The position numbers and the translations under genes were made by a program. The notes beneath the pieces were generated by a model that was given only the letters and a program-made list of their open reading frames with translations, did not search any database and had not been told where the DNA came from. Of a stretch of DNA of 64,000 nt, positions 11,946 to 24,139 are shown piece after piece (positions within the stretch are counted from its first letter, which is position 1; each line of letters begins with the position of its first letter). The stretch is from positions 20,924-84,923 of the forward strand of contig NW_003314380.1 in assembly GCF_000143415.4 (NCBI RefSeq), given 5' to 3'. This stretch comes from Selaginella moellendorffii (taxonomy: Eukaryota > Plantae > Lycopodiophyta).

Positions 11946-13128
11946 TCTTAAACCCATTCTAATATATTCTTTTTTATTCTATCATCTTGCAATAAGATAT
12001 GTTTATTTCTGATTATAAACTTTATTTGATCAATTGGATTAATAAGTAACAATAACACTAGTATTACAACGCAATTTATTAATAATATAGAATTTACATT
12101 GTCATAACTCTAAAAGAAATCAACGTGACAACCTCATCGTCAAATTTGTGTACAGTGTTGGTGCGTTTTGGTTCTTTCAAATATAAATCTACTTATGACC
12201 TTCTTTATTGATAATCAATCATGAATATCGTAATCATAATTTCAGTAAGAAATAGATTTTAAAATGTTTTTACAACAATAAAACCATAGCTCGCAGCCAT
12301 CCAATAGCAGGCCCAGGACAGTCGTTGGAAAACTTTTGTGGACGTTGCTCTTGGCCAATAGGAGGCTGGCACATCTTAGGTGCTCATTGGCTGAGCGAAT
12401 TAAATCAATTTGACACTTGTCCGGTGGTATCTTGTGCTCGCAGGAGCGGCGCCAATCGCTCGTCGACTTATTCCACTTGCTACAGACTTTACAACCAAGA
12501 ACATGTGCTTTGATCTTCCCTGTTTCATTCTTCATGCATATAGAGGTTACCTCTCTTTTAGAACATACGTTCAAAAGCAGGCTTGAGAAGCTGGTAGGTC
12601 ACATACATACGTTGCTTCCATCCGTTGCTCCTTTCCCTGCACAAAGGTCACCTTTGCAAACCAGTAAGTAAGTTACAAATATCATGGTCATTTTGTAACT
12701 TGGTGTTTCCATGTGAATTCCGCACTGTTAGTGGGATGATCTGAAATCCAAGTTATTCCACTTCAGGCAGCTAGGGGACATAGTAGGTTAGATGTGAGCG
12801 GGTGAAGTTGTACAAGCTTGCTGGCAAGTTTGAGAGGGTTTGCCAACTGCCCAGCATTGCCATCATTATTTCGTGACACCAGCAGTATCCAACGACTACA
12901 TAGTTAAAGTCCTATGCCCCAGGGCCAAGACTGTAAACTAATATTAATTGAAACTCAAGCTTTGCTCTCTATGTTTATATAAGACACACATAAAACATGT
13001 GTAGGTACACACACACCTGCTACTGATGGTCGTTATGCAAGACTCTCAGCCCAAAAATTCTCCCTTGCTCTTGGTGAGTACGCTCCAGGGCCATGTCGGT
13101 GGTTACAATACAATGCATGCTCCCCAAC

Positions 13129-13131
<3 letters not shown>

Positions 13132-13173
<42 letters not shown>

Positions 13174-13184
13174 TCTCTCTCTCT
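13132..13184 (+). repeat. (CT)n microsatellite
   Basis: About 25 CT units with an interruption. Confidence 0.95.
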
Positions 13185-13222
13185 CCACACATGGTGACAG
13201 ACCTTTTCCTCTGCGTCTCTGC

Positions 13223-15295
13223 TGACGGCGCACATGAGATTGCCCTATCACCAAGCTTGCATTCCCCATCTTTTATCCCCTGCGGGCAAAAAGACGAAAT
13301 TATAAATGAAACAAAACCCCACAAAAAAAGGGACAAAAAAAAAAAAAAAGTCAAACCGCCACGGGACCCGGATGACCACACCATGCATGTTCGCCCCGCC
13401 ACCCTAGCAGCGCCCGTATCTTTGCGTGCTCAATGCAAATATGGCATCGCCACCTGCAAGACACCAACACGTGAACGCATGTCGTCTTGCCAAAACAGTT
13501 TCCATATTTTCACCCCCAATTTCGGGGCACGATGACGTCCTTCCCTCTCTGTCTTTGCCAACAACAAGATCGTCTTCCCCGTACCACGCAGGATGACGCC
13601 GCGCGTCTTTAGCTTAAGTGCCGTGTGACAACGAAAAGCCAAGTTTGCTTCAATCGATATAAATGGGCAACACATTTGCTCCTACTTGTGCCTGTAGATC
13701 AACGAGTGCGTCTAGAAGACAGTGACAACAGCCGAGCTCGGGAATTTACGTCACGCACAGGCAGCAACCAGCCAGAGATAACTGTGGGCTTGTGGGCCGT
13801 GGCACACACTGCGTACACAACCAGCACGGCCGTACACCCATACATACAACTGCTGCTACGAACTGGGACCCCTCACTGATCAACAAACATGTGCTTCTCT
13901 GAGGAGCCTTGGCGTCATGCCGTACGCCACCTTATCCAGGCACTTTGCATTTTACGCCCACCGGTTTCTTACCCGACTCTTTTTACCTTTTACCTTTTTG
14001 ATTTCACCGGCTATATGCACTGTGCGGGATCACGGGGAGCTCCTGCGCTGGGCACCGTAGAGTCAAGCGGTCAAACAGGGGAGCGTGATCACGTGCATTG
14101 AGAAGTCGTAGCTAGGGATGGTTGGTTTAGGTTTTAAGGGGTAAATTATTTAGGTCACGGGGGTTTTAGGGTACTCGCAAATGGGCTGGTCGCTGGATCA
14201 ATCGTTACAAATCCGCCGCGAAAGCCACATGGTCGCAGACAAGCCTCGTGCCCGGCATGGGAGGATGCATCCCCATGTGAGCTATCGACGTCCGGGTCTC
14301 CTCTGAGATTTTTGTTCCAAGTTCCAAGCTATTAAATAATCAAACGCTAAACTATGTGTAGATTCCGCAATGCAAGTTATAGAGAGGGACTTTGTCGCCG
14401 ACAACGAGTGACGCAAGTGTGATTTTCGTGAGCATTCTTATGCATGGGCATGGGGGTGGCGTTGCTGGCGTGAAAGCGCCACCACCGCCGCTTGGAAACC
14501 CATCCTTTTTTCCTCTTTTGTTTGAATGGCGTGCTTACTGTATTTTAAGTTTGATAGAAATATAAAGGCCAGGGAAGAAAGAAAATCTGGAGCTCCCTCC
14601 AAAGATTCGCATACCTAGGACCAGATCCAGTCAAATGCCTTTCCTTGTCCAAACCTCACAACACAGGGGGGCCGAGGACCTGGTCCTCTTATGACAAACC
14701 AGCAGGTGGTTTGTAAGAGGGAACAATAATCTGGGCCAACCGGGGCTCTCCACGTGGACCAACAGGAATTCGGCGATGGCCCATGATGCCATCCATGGCG
14801 ATGTCACCATGCGGCATGACGGACGAGAAATGCGTATTTAAGCGCGCCGCGGAATGTGCTGTGATGGCGTCAGCTGATTCACTTTAATCTACTTTATCTG
14901 GTGACGTCACGGGGGAGCTGGCCCAGGTGGCATGGGACGTGGCCACGTCACACTCGTCCCAGCAATGGAGCTTCTTTTCGAGCGCAAAGGTCAAATCAAA
15001 TTTCGACAGCTATCCAACAAATGTTCCATGTTGGCAAGGCTTTTTGTTAGGGCTAATCAATCATTTTTGGTGTATCTCTACAATACAAGGCCAATATACG
15101 TAAGCCTCAAACGTACACACATGAAACGGGCCGCCACGTCATGCGGTCCCACCGCCAGTGTGATGTGGCCGATTCGTGAGCTATGGCTGGCATCATGCCC
15201 ATGACCATATGATGTAGGCATGATGGCGGCATGCCATGGGCCGGGGCGGGTAAACTCGCCATGGAAATTACCTCTTCACTTTCCGCGTATAAAAG
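13223..15295 (+). promoter_or_regulatory. Upstream regulatory region of the glutaredoxin: TGACG/bZIP cluster, G-boxes, TATA box
   Basis: TGACG or CGTCA at 13223, 13533, 13594, 13749, 13913, 14409, 14817, 14868, 14902 (TGACGTCA palindrome), 14946 and 15137. CACGTG at ~13468, 14089 and 14751. TATAAAA at ~15288. Confidence 0.6.
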
Positions 15296-15917
15296 TTGGT
15301 AAAACAAGGGGGGTAAAAACCCTCACAAGCACAAAGCCTTGTTCATTCGTCGTTCCTTCATTCATTGTCTTGGCGTTGGTTTTGGAGGAGGATCGATCCA
15401 GTTCAGGGAGAGCAAACTTTGGTGGTCTTGTCTCGGGGCGATGGATCTCGATCAATCAATCATCGGGCGGCGACTGGGAAATTGGGCCGAATTTGTTAGT
15501 TATATCTCGGATTGTGGGCTTACACAGCTAGTAGATTTCTCCTCTCTTCTCTTTATCTCTCTCGTCTAGATTCTCGCCTCTCCATCTCCATCTAGAGACT
15601 CTGAGTCTTTGCTCGTCTCCAGTTCTCGTTTGACTGGCCAATCCTCTGGGATCAGATCCCTTTGCCTTAACGTGCCCGGCTTGATTGACTGACCACTCCA
15701 AAGTCATCCAGCGTGTGTCGATTCCTCTCTTGGCTCTGTAAGGCCTCTATTCGCTCTCTCTTTAGAACAGTGGAAGAAGAATTCTCCTTGCATGGTCTGG
15801 AAAGAATTGGATCAGATGCTTTAAGTATCCCTTGCATCCTCTCAAGATTTTCTCTCCTGTCCTCTCAGTGTTCTGATCTTCTAGTTCTCCCTACAACATC
15901 TCAGAGGAGGTGTGGCG

Positions 15918-16313
15918 ATGAACGAAGTGTCGAGCCAGAGCGCCATTGTGCTGCCGCTCATGGGCCATGCAGCGCCCGCCGAATCAACGTCTGCGTCGGC
16001 GGTGGAAGTGGTGGAGAAGCTGGCGGTGGAGAACGCGGTGGTGATCTTCAGCAGCAGTGGCTGCTGCATGAGCCATGTCGTCAAGAGGCTGCTGTGCGGA
16101 TTGGGAGTGAATCCAGTGGTGTTCGAGCTGGACGAGGAGAAGAACGGGCCCGAGATCGAGAAGGCGCTGGCCAGATTCACAGGGATTTCCCAGGTGTCTC
16201 CCACTGTTTTCATCGGGGGTAAGCTCGTTGGTGGCTTGGATCAAGTCATGGCTTCTCATATCAGCGGCAAGCTTGTCCCCCAGCTCAAGGAAGCAGGGGC
16301 TCTGTGGCTATGA
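15918..16313 (+). CDS. CC-type glutaredoxin (ROXY family)
   Basis: Intronless; CCMS active site, PTVFIGG motif, LxxxL motif and C-terminal ALWL. ATG at 15918. Confidence 0.96.
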   Translation: MNEVSSQSAIVLPLMGHAAPAESTSASAVEVVEKLAVENAVVIFSSSGCCMSHVVKRLLCGLGVNPVVFELDEEKNGPEIEKALARFTGISQVSPTVFIGGKLVGGLDQVMASHISGKLVPQLKEAGALWL

Positions 16314-17561
16314 AAGAAAGTCCCAGAATCAAACGCCACCATAAAGCAGCACAACATCAAACCACAAGAGAAGAGTGGAAAAAGCTTCTCGGCAAAGAGT
16401 GTGCCTCCAAAAGACTTGATTTCTCTTACTTTGTTTGTTTTCCCTGCTTTTATTTTCTCCTTTTTTTTTGTTTTCCTTTCGGGATCTCCTGACTTGTTAA
16501 ATAGAGGCTGGGGGTAAAATTTCCCTTCTCATGTCCTCTCCCCTGTATCTCTTTTGCACTCCCAAGTGGGAATGGAATTTGATATGGTGGGATTTTCTCT
16601 GGCTGCTCTGGTTGGTGTAGCAGCAGGAGGGAGGATGGAATAGAATATTGGTTCCATTGGGGTGATATAATGGCTAGAATGTTTTGCTGTTTTGCAAAAT
16701 ATGGCTCCTTGGTGAATGCTGACATAGCTGTTGTATCTCTTTGCTTGTCAAGTGTAAGTGGAGTGGTGTCAAAACAAGAATGAAGGGATTGGAATTTCTC
16801 AGAGGCGCATAGCAATTATTATCAGGTTCTATACCCCCAGCATCTTTTTTTTTGTTTTGTTTTTGGAACCCCATTTGTCAAGAAATGCAAAAAAAGGAAA
16901 TGTGGTGTAAGAAAGTAGCAATTGCAAAGTGGGGACGTTTTACGGAGGATTGCAGGAAAACTGACGCAGCAAGAAATGGACGTGCTGCTTTGTTTCGAGT
17001 GACCAAAAATAAAAGCTTTGCGAAAAACCTTGTAAGGAAAAGAATAAAGATCCAAAATGAATCGTCATCTTGACGACTTGCTGCTGAGTTGAGTGATCTT
17101 TTCGTGCCCGTCACCCGGCGTCACAAAGACTTCGAAAGCAAACGTACAATAATTTTCCCAATTTCTCTTTTCACCCAGCAACACTCTGACCTTGCAGTTA
17201 AAATTGTCAAAACAACCTTCTCCTTTTTTACCTCGATGTGAGTTCATCTTTTTTTTTTATTTCCATGATGCGTGCGTCATGATCCTCGCGCGATGCTCCT
17301 TTCGCAGGAGTCAAGATTTTTACACATCCGCTGGTGGGGGCACACTCGCCAAGCCATGTTGCGCTGTGTGCTTGCGTTGCTGACTTCCACAGGGCGTGGA
17401 AATGAGAGGCCTTTTTAGAAACTTCGAGCACTGACCGATACACACTCGAGTGACATCAACAGCGAAGCTTTCTTTCTGCACCAACAGGATAAGAGGAAAT
17501 CAGCCACAGCTCTAGAGAAAAGAGAAGAAAAAAAAAACACACTCAAAGTTGCCCACCTTAG

Positions 17562-20500
17562 CTAAGGACGATGAGTGCTGAGCATGCCACGACCAAAGTA
17601 GTCCGCAATGACGGAGAATCCATCGTCCGAGTTCCGGACGAGCTGGAAGAATCTGTCGTGGTCCGTGGCGTTTTGTGCCAGATTCCGCTTCATCTCTAGC
17701 AGCGTGTGGTTCGAAGGAGCGCAGACCGGGCACTCCTTTTCGTTGTCACCCAGGCACCTTTGGTGGAAGGAGTGCATGCAAAAGAAGTGGACGGCCGGCA
17801 AGTCGAGGATCGAGGTGCAGGCCGTGCATTTGCTCAGCTGGAACACTCGGGGCTTTGTTCTCAGCTCCTCGATCTCGGCCCTCATCAGCCTGTTATCCTC
17901 CTGCACCACAAACCATCGCCAACTTTAGAACACGAGTGGGAATAAAAAGCAGCGGGTAGGAACTCACGTCGTATTTCTGGATTGTTTTCCGATCGTCCTC
18001 GATCTGCCTCGACTCTTGCTTGAGTTGTGTAGCGATGTAGTTTTTCACCACCGAGAGAGTGAGTGTCGGGTTCTTGGATAAAGTCTGGAGCACAACCAGT
18101 GGAGGCAGGAGCGAGTATTGTTCGATGTATCCCAGCACCTCCTTGACTTCCTTGGAGCAATCTTCCCCTCTCTCCCCGAAGTACGCAAGGACATCGGCCC
18201 AGAGCGAAGGATCGCCACCTCTGCTCGTGTCCGCAAGCCGCTCACAGCAGGAGATGAGGCCGCGGTAGTCACTGTCTTTCATGTAGCACGACATCACCTC
18301 CTTGAAGAGCCTCTTTTTCTCGTAAAGGAAGAGAAGCCCGTCACGAAACTTATGCCTCTCACACAGCATCACCGCCAGTGCTTCATCGTATTGCGGCTCC
18401 TCTTCGTGAGCACCCCATCCTTTCTTTAGTAGATCCAGTGACTTCTGCAAGCGCAAGGATCTCTCTTCGGCAGTCTCCCGGGTGTTAGACACCGCGTCTT
18501 TGAAAGATCTCGTCTTCTTAACCTGAGTTTTTCGCGACGAACTAGAGCTCTCTTCCTCGGGAGAAGTAGAAGCCAAACTATCGGACAGGTAGAGTTCCAG
18601 GAGCGTGTTGTGAATGTCTTTCACTATCGGGGAGTTGCTTACCTTCACAAGGTATTGCTCCAGGAGAACTATCAGCCACCTCGGTTGATCAACATAAATG
18701 TGAACGAACTCCATCGGTGACGGTGGCGCAGCACTGCTGCTGCTTGTGTGAGTAGCATTGCCATCACTACTGCATAGTGTCAAGAGAGTAGCCGTGGTTT
18801 CGTCAGGCTTGTGCTCGACCAGTATTTTCCCATACTGTTTTAGCGTAACCTCGGCCTCGGATGGTGAAAGTCCTGATATATACTCCAGTGCTTCAACATA
18901 ATTTCCCAGGTCTCCAAGAAGAATTTTGAGATACGATTCGTGCAGCCCCGCGGTTTTTGCAACGTACAGTGCTTGCTCGTAGTAGCCAGCAGCTCTGCAT
19001 ACTCTCACCGCCGTTTCGACATCAAACCGAAGCTGTCCTTCCGTCTGCTCGTCCCCCCTGATGAACTTGTCCAACTTAGTTGCGTCCTTGAGCTTCGTGT
19101 AACAGTTGAGTAGCAAGGTTGTGTGGTCTGCCGATGCCAGTGCCTTCTCGTGAAGTCTTTCCAAATAAAGCGTCAAGTTCTGAATGAGCTGAGCGTCCAA
19201 AAACTTCTGAATGACGTAAGAAGGCTCGAGTTGTCCAATAGTTTTGATATACTGGGCCATAGCTTCGTCGTAATCCTGCTTGCTGTACAGATGATCCCCA
19301 TACTTTCGCATAACTTGAGCAGTGGCTGCAGCGTCTGCTTGCTGTCTCTGGACAAGGCTTATAGCAACCGGGTAGAGATTCTTTCGGTAGAGAAGCTCCA
19401 GCTTGCTGTTCATGTCTTTTTCTGTTAAGCACGTAACCTTGTGGTCCTTTGTGATAATTGCGATGATGCCCCATTCGCAAAATACTTGCGCAACATCCTC
19501 CACTTCTGAGCTATAAGCGATCAACTTGCTCTTAAGGTCGTAGATGTTGAACACGCTCTTACGGACGTCTGCAATAACAGCAAGTAAATATCCGCGAAAC
19601 CAGCCAACGTACTTCTTTTCGCCTTCAAAAGCCCAACAGGGACCTCTACCGTCCACCTCATAAAAATAAATAGCTTCCGGCCTTCCAATAACAAGCTCCT
19701 ATAAAGTTATAAACCATCAACAATTGTCAGCCTAAGAAAAAAGAGAAGAACGTGTAGAACTTACTTGTCGATCACTCATAGCCACGCAGAGACCATCGCA
19801 ACCATGCCCGTCCAAGACTTGCTTTTGAGGAGGGTGTTGAAGCATGTTATAAAGATTCACAGTCGCCGCCGTTACTACGAAAAGCTGTAGTGCCTGACCA
19901 TCTAGTCGAAGTCCCAAACCGGTAATCGGCGAAGCACTACTCGTGGCCGTTGCTGGATCAACTGAAAGCTTGAGTCGTGAGATTCGCTCTCGAGCAATAT
20001 CACCACGGATGCAATACACGATGCCCGATTCCAAGCCAAAACATAAGAGCAAAATGGGAGGTGCTTCCTCGTAGACCAGAAAACAAGTGATCTGCAAAAG
20101 GAAAAGATTAGAAACCTTTCTCTGGATGTGGAGAATAACTTACTTTTGCCTCGGGAAATTTATTTGAGAAGATTCTCAAAGCTCGGTCGCAGACTGGATC
20201 TATTCTGCTAGAACTCGGGCCCTCGCTTTGATGTTTACTCAAATCCCAGAGCTTGAGGGACATGGAAGATACCTGTGCTGAGGCAGCCTCATCCTCTCCC
20301 ACAGTCACCAACATGTTTCTTTGCTAAGAAAACGAGGATCGAGGATCAATGAGAAAACAGCACCAGGGGCTACGAAACCGAGACTTGCCTTGAGCTGATG
20401 GACGTGGAGCACAGACGTGGAATGCGCCTGGAAGCTGTAGCTGAGCTTGAAACCTCGATCCAGGACGTGGACCATGGCATCGTCGCCACCGAGCACGATC

Positions 20501-20607
20501 TGGCCCCTGCCGCTGCTGCTGCACACGATGTTCTCCCCCAGCTCCGCCGCGGCGCCAGATCCGAGCGCCTTCTCCTCGAAGAAGGGGAATTTCCTCCATT
20601 GGTACAT
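17562..20607 (-). CDS. VPS11: Vacuolar protein sorting 11 (HOPS/CORVET subunit), multi-exon
   Basis: N-terminus MYQWRKFPFFE; YGDHLYSKQDYDEAMAQYI; C-terminal RING CTACTSILDLPAVHFFCMHSFHQRC...CPVC; DGFSVIADYFGRG. First intron has a GC donor at 20388. Confidence 0.96.
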
Positions 20608-20664
20608 CTTCTCCCAAGAACCCTAAAATCGAAATCCGTGAAGAAAATGGAGGGTTGAGGGTTT

Positions 20665-22558
20665 ATGGCGCTGAGGAGGAGCTCCATTCTTCGCCGCCGC
20701 CATGGAGAATGCGCGCGAGGTAATCCTTTCTTTCGCTCCAGTAGTCGATATTACGGCGCATTCAGGGCCTACGGCTGCGAATCGATCGAAGAAAGGAAGA
20801 GTGTCACCGACGATAGGGCGGATTTGTGCCGGAAGCTGGCCGAGTCTCGGGACAGGGAAATCGGCGCTCTTAAGGTGGCGCTCGAGGCACGGAAATGTGA
20901 GTCGCAGGCGATCGCGATGTTCAACCAGAGGATGAAAATCGACGTGTGTGGCATGGAGGATGATGTCTCTGGCGGCCATACCCGGGAGCTCAAGGCGTTG
21001 CGAAACGCCTTGGTAGCACAGGAACAGGAGAATCTCAAAATCATGGAGACGAACAGGAAGCTCCAGAAGCAGATCGAGCGGCTGAAGAGTGGGAAGTTTG
21101 TGGCTGAGAGCTACGAAAGCGAAGAACTCTCGAAGGACCTTGGCGGTGTGAGACCATTCGAGCAATGTGTCATAAAACTCGGCAAACCTGAAGGGAGAGT
21201 GGTCGAACAGAAGAAGGTGGAGGAGGAAAAGAATGGTGAAGAGGAGCCTTTATTCCACAGCGAGGGTGTCCCTAGCGGCGAGGAAAAGCCTGCCGCCATC
21301 GCGAAGCGCTCCATCGTCCCCCGGAACGTAGATCTCGTGCACCCATGGCCGGAATGGGTTTCCTTTATACAGCACCTCAAGAAGACATCGCACTTGAAAT
21401 CAACGATGGACAAAGTTGACGATGCTATGAGCATGGAGGAGAAAATCAAAGCAGCGGCAATGAGCTTCTGTGCCACGCACGAGAATGTTTTGCAGTAAGT
21501 TTTTTCTTCTTTTTTTTTTTCCGTTTCTCGTTGTAGACTGATAGCTTGGCAGACGTTTGTCACAGGATGACTTGATGGTTTTTGGTGCTTTCGGGTGCCC
21601 AAACACGGACAGGAGAATTGTTAACTCGGGAAAGAGATTGAGAAAGTATCTAAACCTGACCGAATCGGATGTAAGCTTTTATTACGTTTTCATGTAGCGA
21701 CACATGTCACCTTCACTTCAGGTTTGCAAGTTCTGTAGCCACAGCAACGTCTGCTCCAGAGCGAGCTGCGAAAGTACTCCGTCTGCGGTTCCTGCGGAGA
21801 GCAGCGACATTCTATGGCTTCTTCTTCAGTTTGGATTTGATGCGGTCAGTGATCACTCTGAGAAAAGGCCACTGCCAGAGGATGTCGAGAAAACTACCAG
21901 GAGCATTCTGCAGCAGCTCGTGTTCCTCGCTGATAATCCCCATGCTGTCGTCGAGCGTCAACAAGAAATGGAAAAGACGGCTGTCAAACCGGGAAACTGG
22001 AGATGTACAAGGTAAGTTATTTGCCATTGGTAGGAAAAATAACTAAAAATTCATGTGTACTTATGTTCCTAGGTGCAAATTGCTTAACTTTAGTGGCAAT
22101 AAGTTCTGTCGCGGATGCAGTACTCCATGTGGGCTCCGGACAGGAGAATGGAAATGCTTCAAGTAAGCCTTTCGTGATTAAAATTTTCAGGCTTAATTTT
22201 TTGGTCACAGGTGCAATCAAAAGAACTTGGCAAGAAGTCTAGTATGTGACGACTGTAGCGCACCACGACCGCCAAAAGAGCTTCGTTGGGGAGACTGGGA
22301 ATGTCCAAAGTAAGCTTTTAAGTTTGTCCCGGCTCAAAATATCTTGCCATCTTTTGTAGCTGCCAGGGGGTCAACTTCGCGAGGAACAAGGACTGTTTTC
22401 GCTGCAATGGGAAGCAGCCTCCTTTCAAAGACCGACAGGTGATTGGAGTGAACAGAAGCACCGTTTTGGAGACTACAGCGGCCCCAAGCTTCACACTGGG
22501 AGTGACGCCGTGGCTCATGACCAAAGAAGAGAAAGAGGCAAGCCTCAAGAAACGCTAA
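20665..22558 (+). CDS. Organelle-targeted RanBP2-type zinc finger protein (VAR3/OZ family-like), multi-exon
   Basis: Arg-rich presequence-like N-terminus, HPWPEW motif, and RanBP2 fingers PGNWRCTRCKLLNF...CRGC and WGDWECPNCQGVNFARNKDCFRC. Stop at 22556-22558. Confidence 0.85.
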
Positions 22559-22588
22559 TTCTCTGTTTCTGTAATGTTATTTTTCCAG

Positions 22589-24139
22589 TCAAATCACCAA
22601 AGCTTTCTTGAAGTAATAGTAATAGTATATGCTGCAGGGGTGGGTCCTTTGCTTCAAGTGCTCCACTCTCCTTTGTTGTGTCCATTGGAGCTGGGACTGG
22701 CATCTCCATTCGTATCAACGTATAACCTAGAAATCCGCCAAGCCAACTTCAAAGATCAGGAAGGAAGAAAAGAAGAAAGCCATCCCATCTCAGCTCACCG
22801 GAGTTGCAAAGAGGTGTCGGACTCGTCCCTCAAGTTGTCCTGAGCTTGAGCTCCCGGTGTGATCGTCGTGGGTTCCCTTGTTTCCGAAGGGCTTGGGGCT
22901 TCGGTCAGCACTGTAAACGAACGTAGCGTGTGACTTCCTATCCCTTCCACTGCCTCGACCTGTGGGATTATCAACCACAATCTTGTTCAAGAGCTTCAAT
23001 AGCAAAGATCAAAGCTTGCCTGCTCGCGAAGTTGAGTGTTCTCGTCCTGCAGCTCACGCTCCTGAACAGTGTTTAGATATTTCCAGCGTGGAAAGTTAAC
23101 TAGATGCTGCAAATAGTGACAGGAAAGTTTGGACGCACCTTTCGCCGGAGCTCCTCGAGCTCTTCCATGAGAAGCGACTCCTGCAAGTTCACCAGTGTCA
23201 ACTAGATCAAAACCAATTTCAGATACACACTTCAGTTCAAAACGTATCGAAACTTTTTGAAGTGGGATCCTCACCTTTCTCGCTCGGATCTCATTGTATC
23301 CGTTCTCAGTCATTCGCTCCAGCTCCTGGAGCTCCTTCACCGTCAGAGAAGTGAGTTCCTCGCCCATCATATGCCTGGAGACCACAACGACGCTCTATGA
23401 TCATCAACCTCCAGAAAAGAGATGACCTTTTTGTGTTCTCCAGTTGCTCGATTTTCTGCTTGAGCCTTGCCACTTCCTGATTCCAGTACTGTCAGAAAAG
23501 CACCCAAGAGAATTCATGGTAGATACACCTAACTAGTTGTAAGCTAAGGACTTACGTCGTTATCGAGATCAACATCCAGCGGGCTGCTGGGATTCCTCTC
23601 AGGGCACTTGCTGTACCTCTCCAGGATGTCCTTCATGCTGTTAGACAAGGAGCAAACATCAACCTCACAGTTTCTATATGTCAATCGCAAAATCCTGGGC
23701 CAAAGTGGAAGCTTCGCCATTAAATGCATCTTCTGGGCGCTAGATCCCACATGCAAAGAATGGCGACTTCCCATGCAAAGAATGACGGAACTAAAAAAAA
23801 GTAAGAAACACCACTCTTCGCTTTCTCTTCTTCTTCTCGTTCTCTCCTCTCTCTCTCTCTCTCTCTTCTTTGTTCTTCCCCCTCTCTCTCTCAAAATGCG
23901 AGAAAAAGTCTTGAGAACACACCACCTCCTGTTCATATTCTCTCTCTTATCTCGTACCTGGAGCTCGCATACTCGAACAATTTGCCGGTGCTGGAGAAGA
24001 TGATAACCGAGAGCTCGGCATCGCACAGAATCGCTAGCTCGCGCGCTTTTTTCAGGAGCCCCCCACGGCGCTTGGAAAAGGTAACCTGCCTTGTCGTCGC
24101 ATTCTCGATCCTCTTGATCTCAATCTTGCCGCGACCCAT
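22589..24139 (-). CDS. MIKC(c)-type MADS-box transcription factor, 7-8 exons
   Basis: MADS domain [32 protein letters not shown]; I exon; K-box exons including two canonical 42-bp exons (23180-23139 and 23061-23020); C-terminal SDTSLQL motif. The stop is at 22589 if the last intron is spliced, otherwise 22795. Confidence 0.95.

Noticed and set aside
13020-13535. ORFs with RE/LS dipeptide repeats
   Set aside because: They are translations of the (CT)n microsatellite and poly-A runs, with no domain evidence.
14588-14604. TGGAGCTCCCTCCAAAG, resembling a miR159/319 complementary sequence
   Set aside because: The match needs a 4-nt gap and there is no hairpin partner.
16800-16840. GGTTCTATACCCC, resembling a tRNA T-loop
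   Set aside because: No cloverleaf, A-box or acceptor stem.
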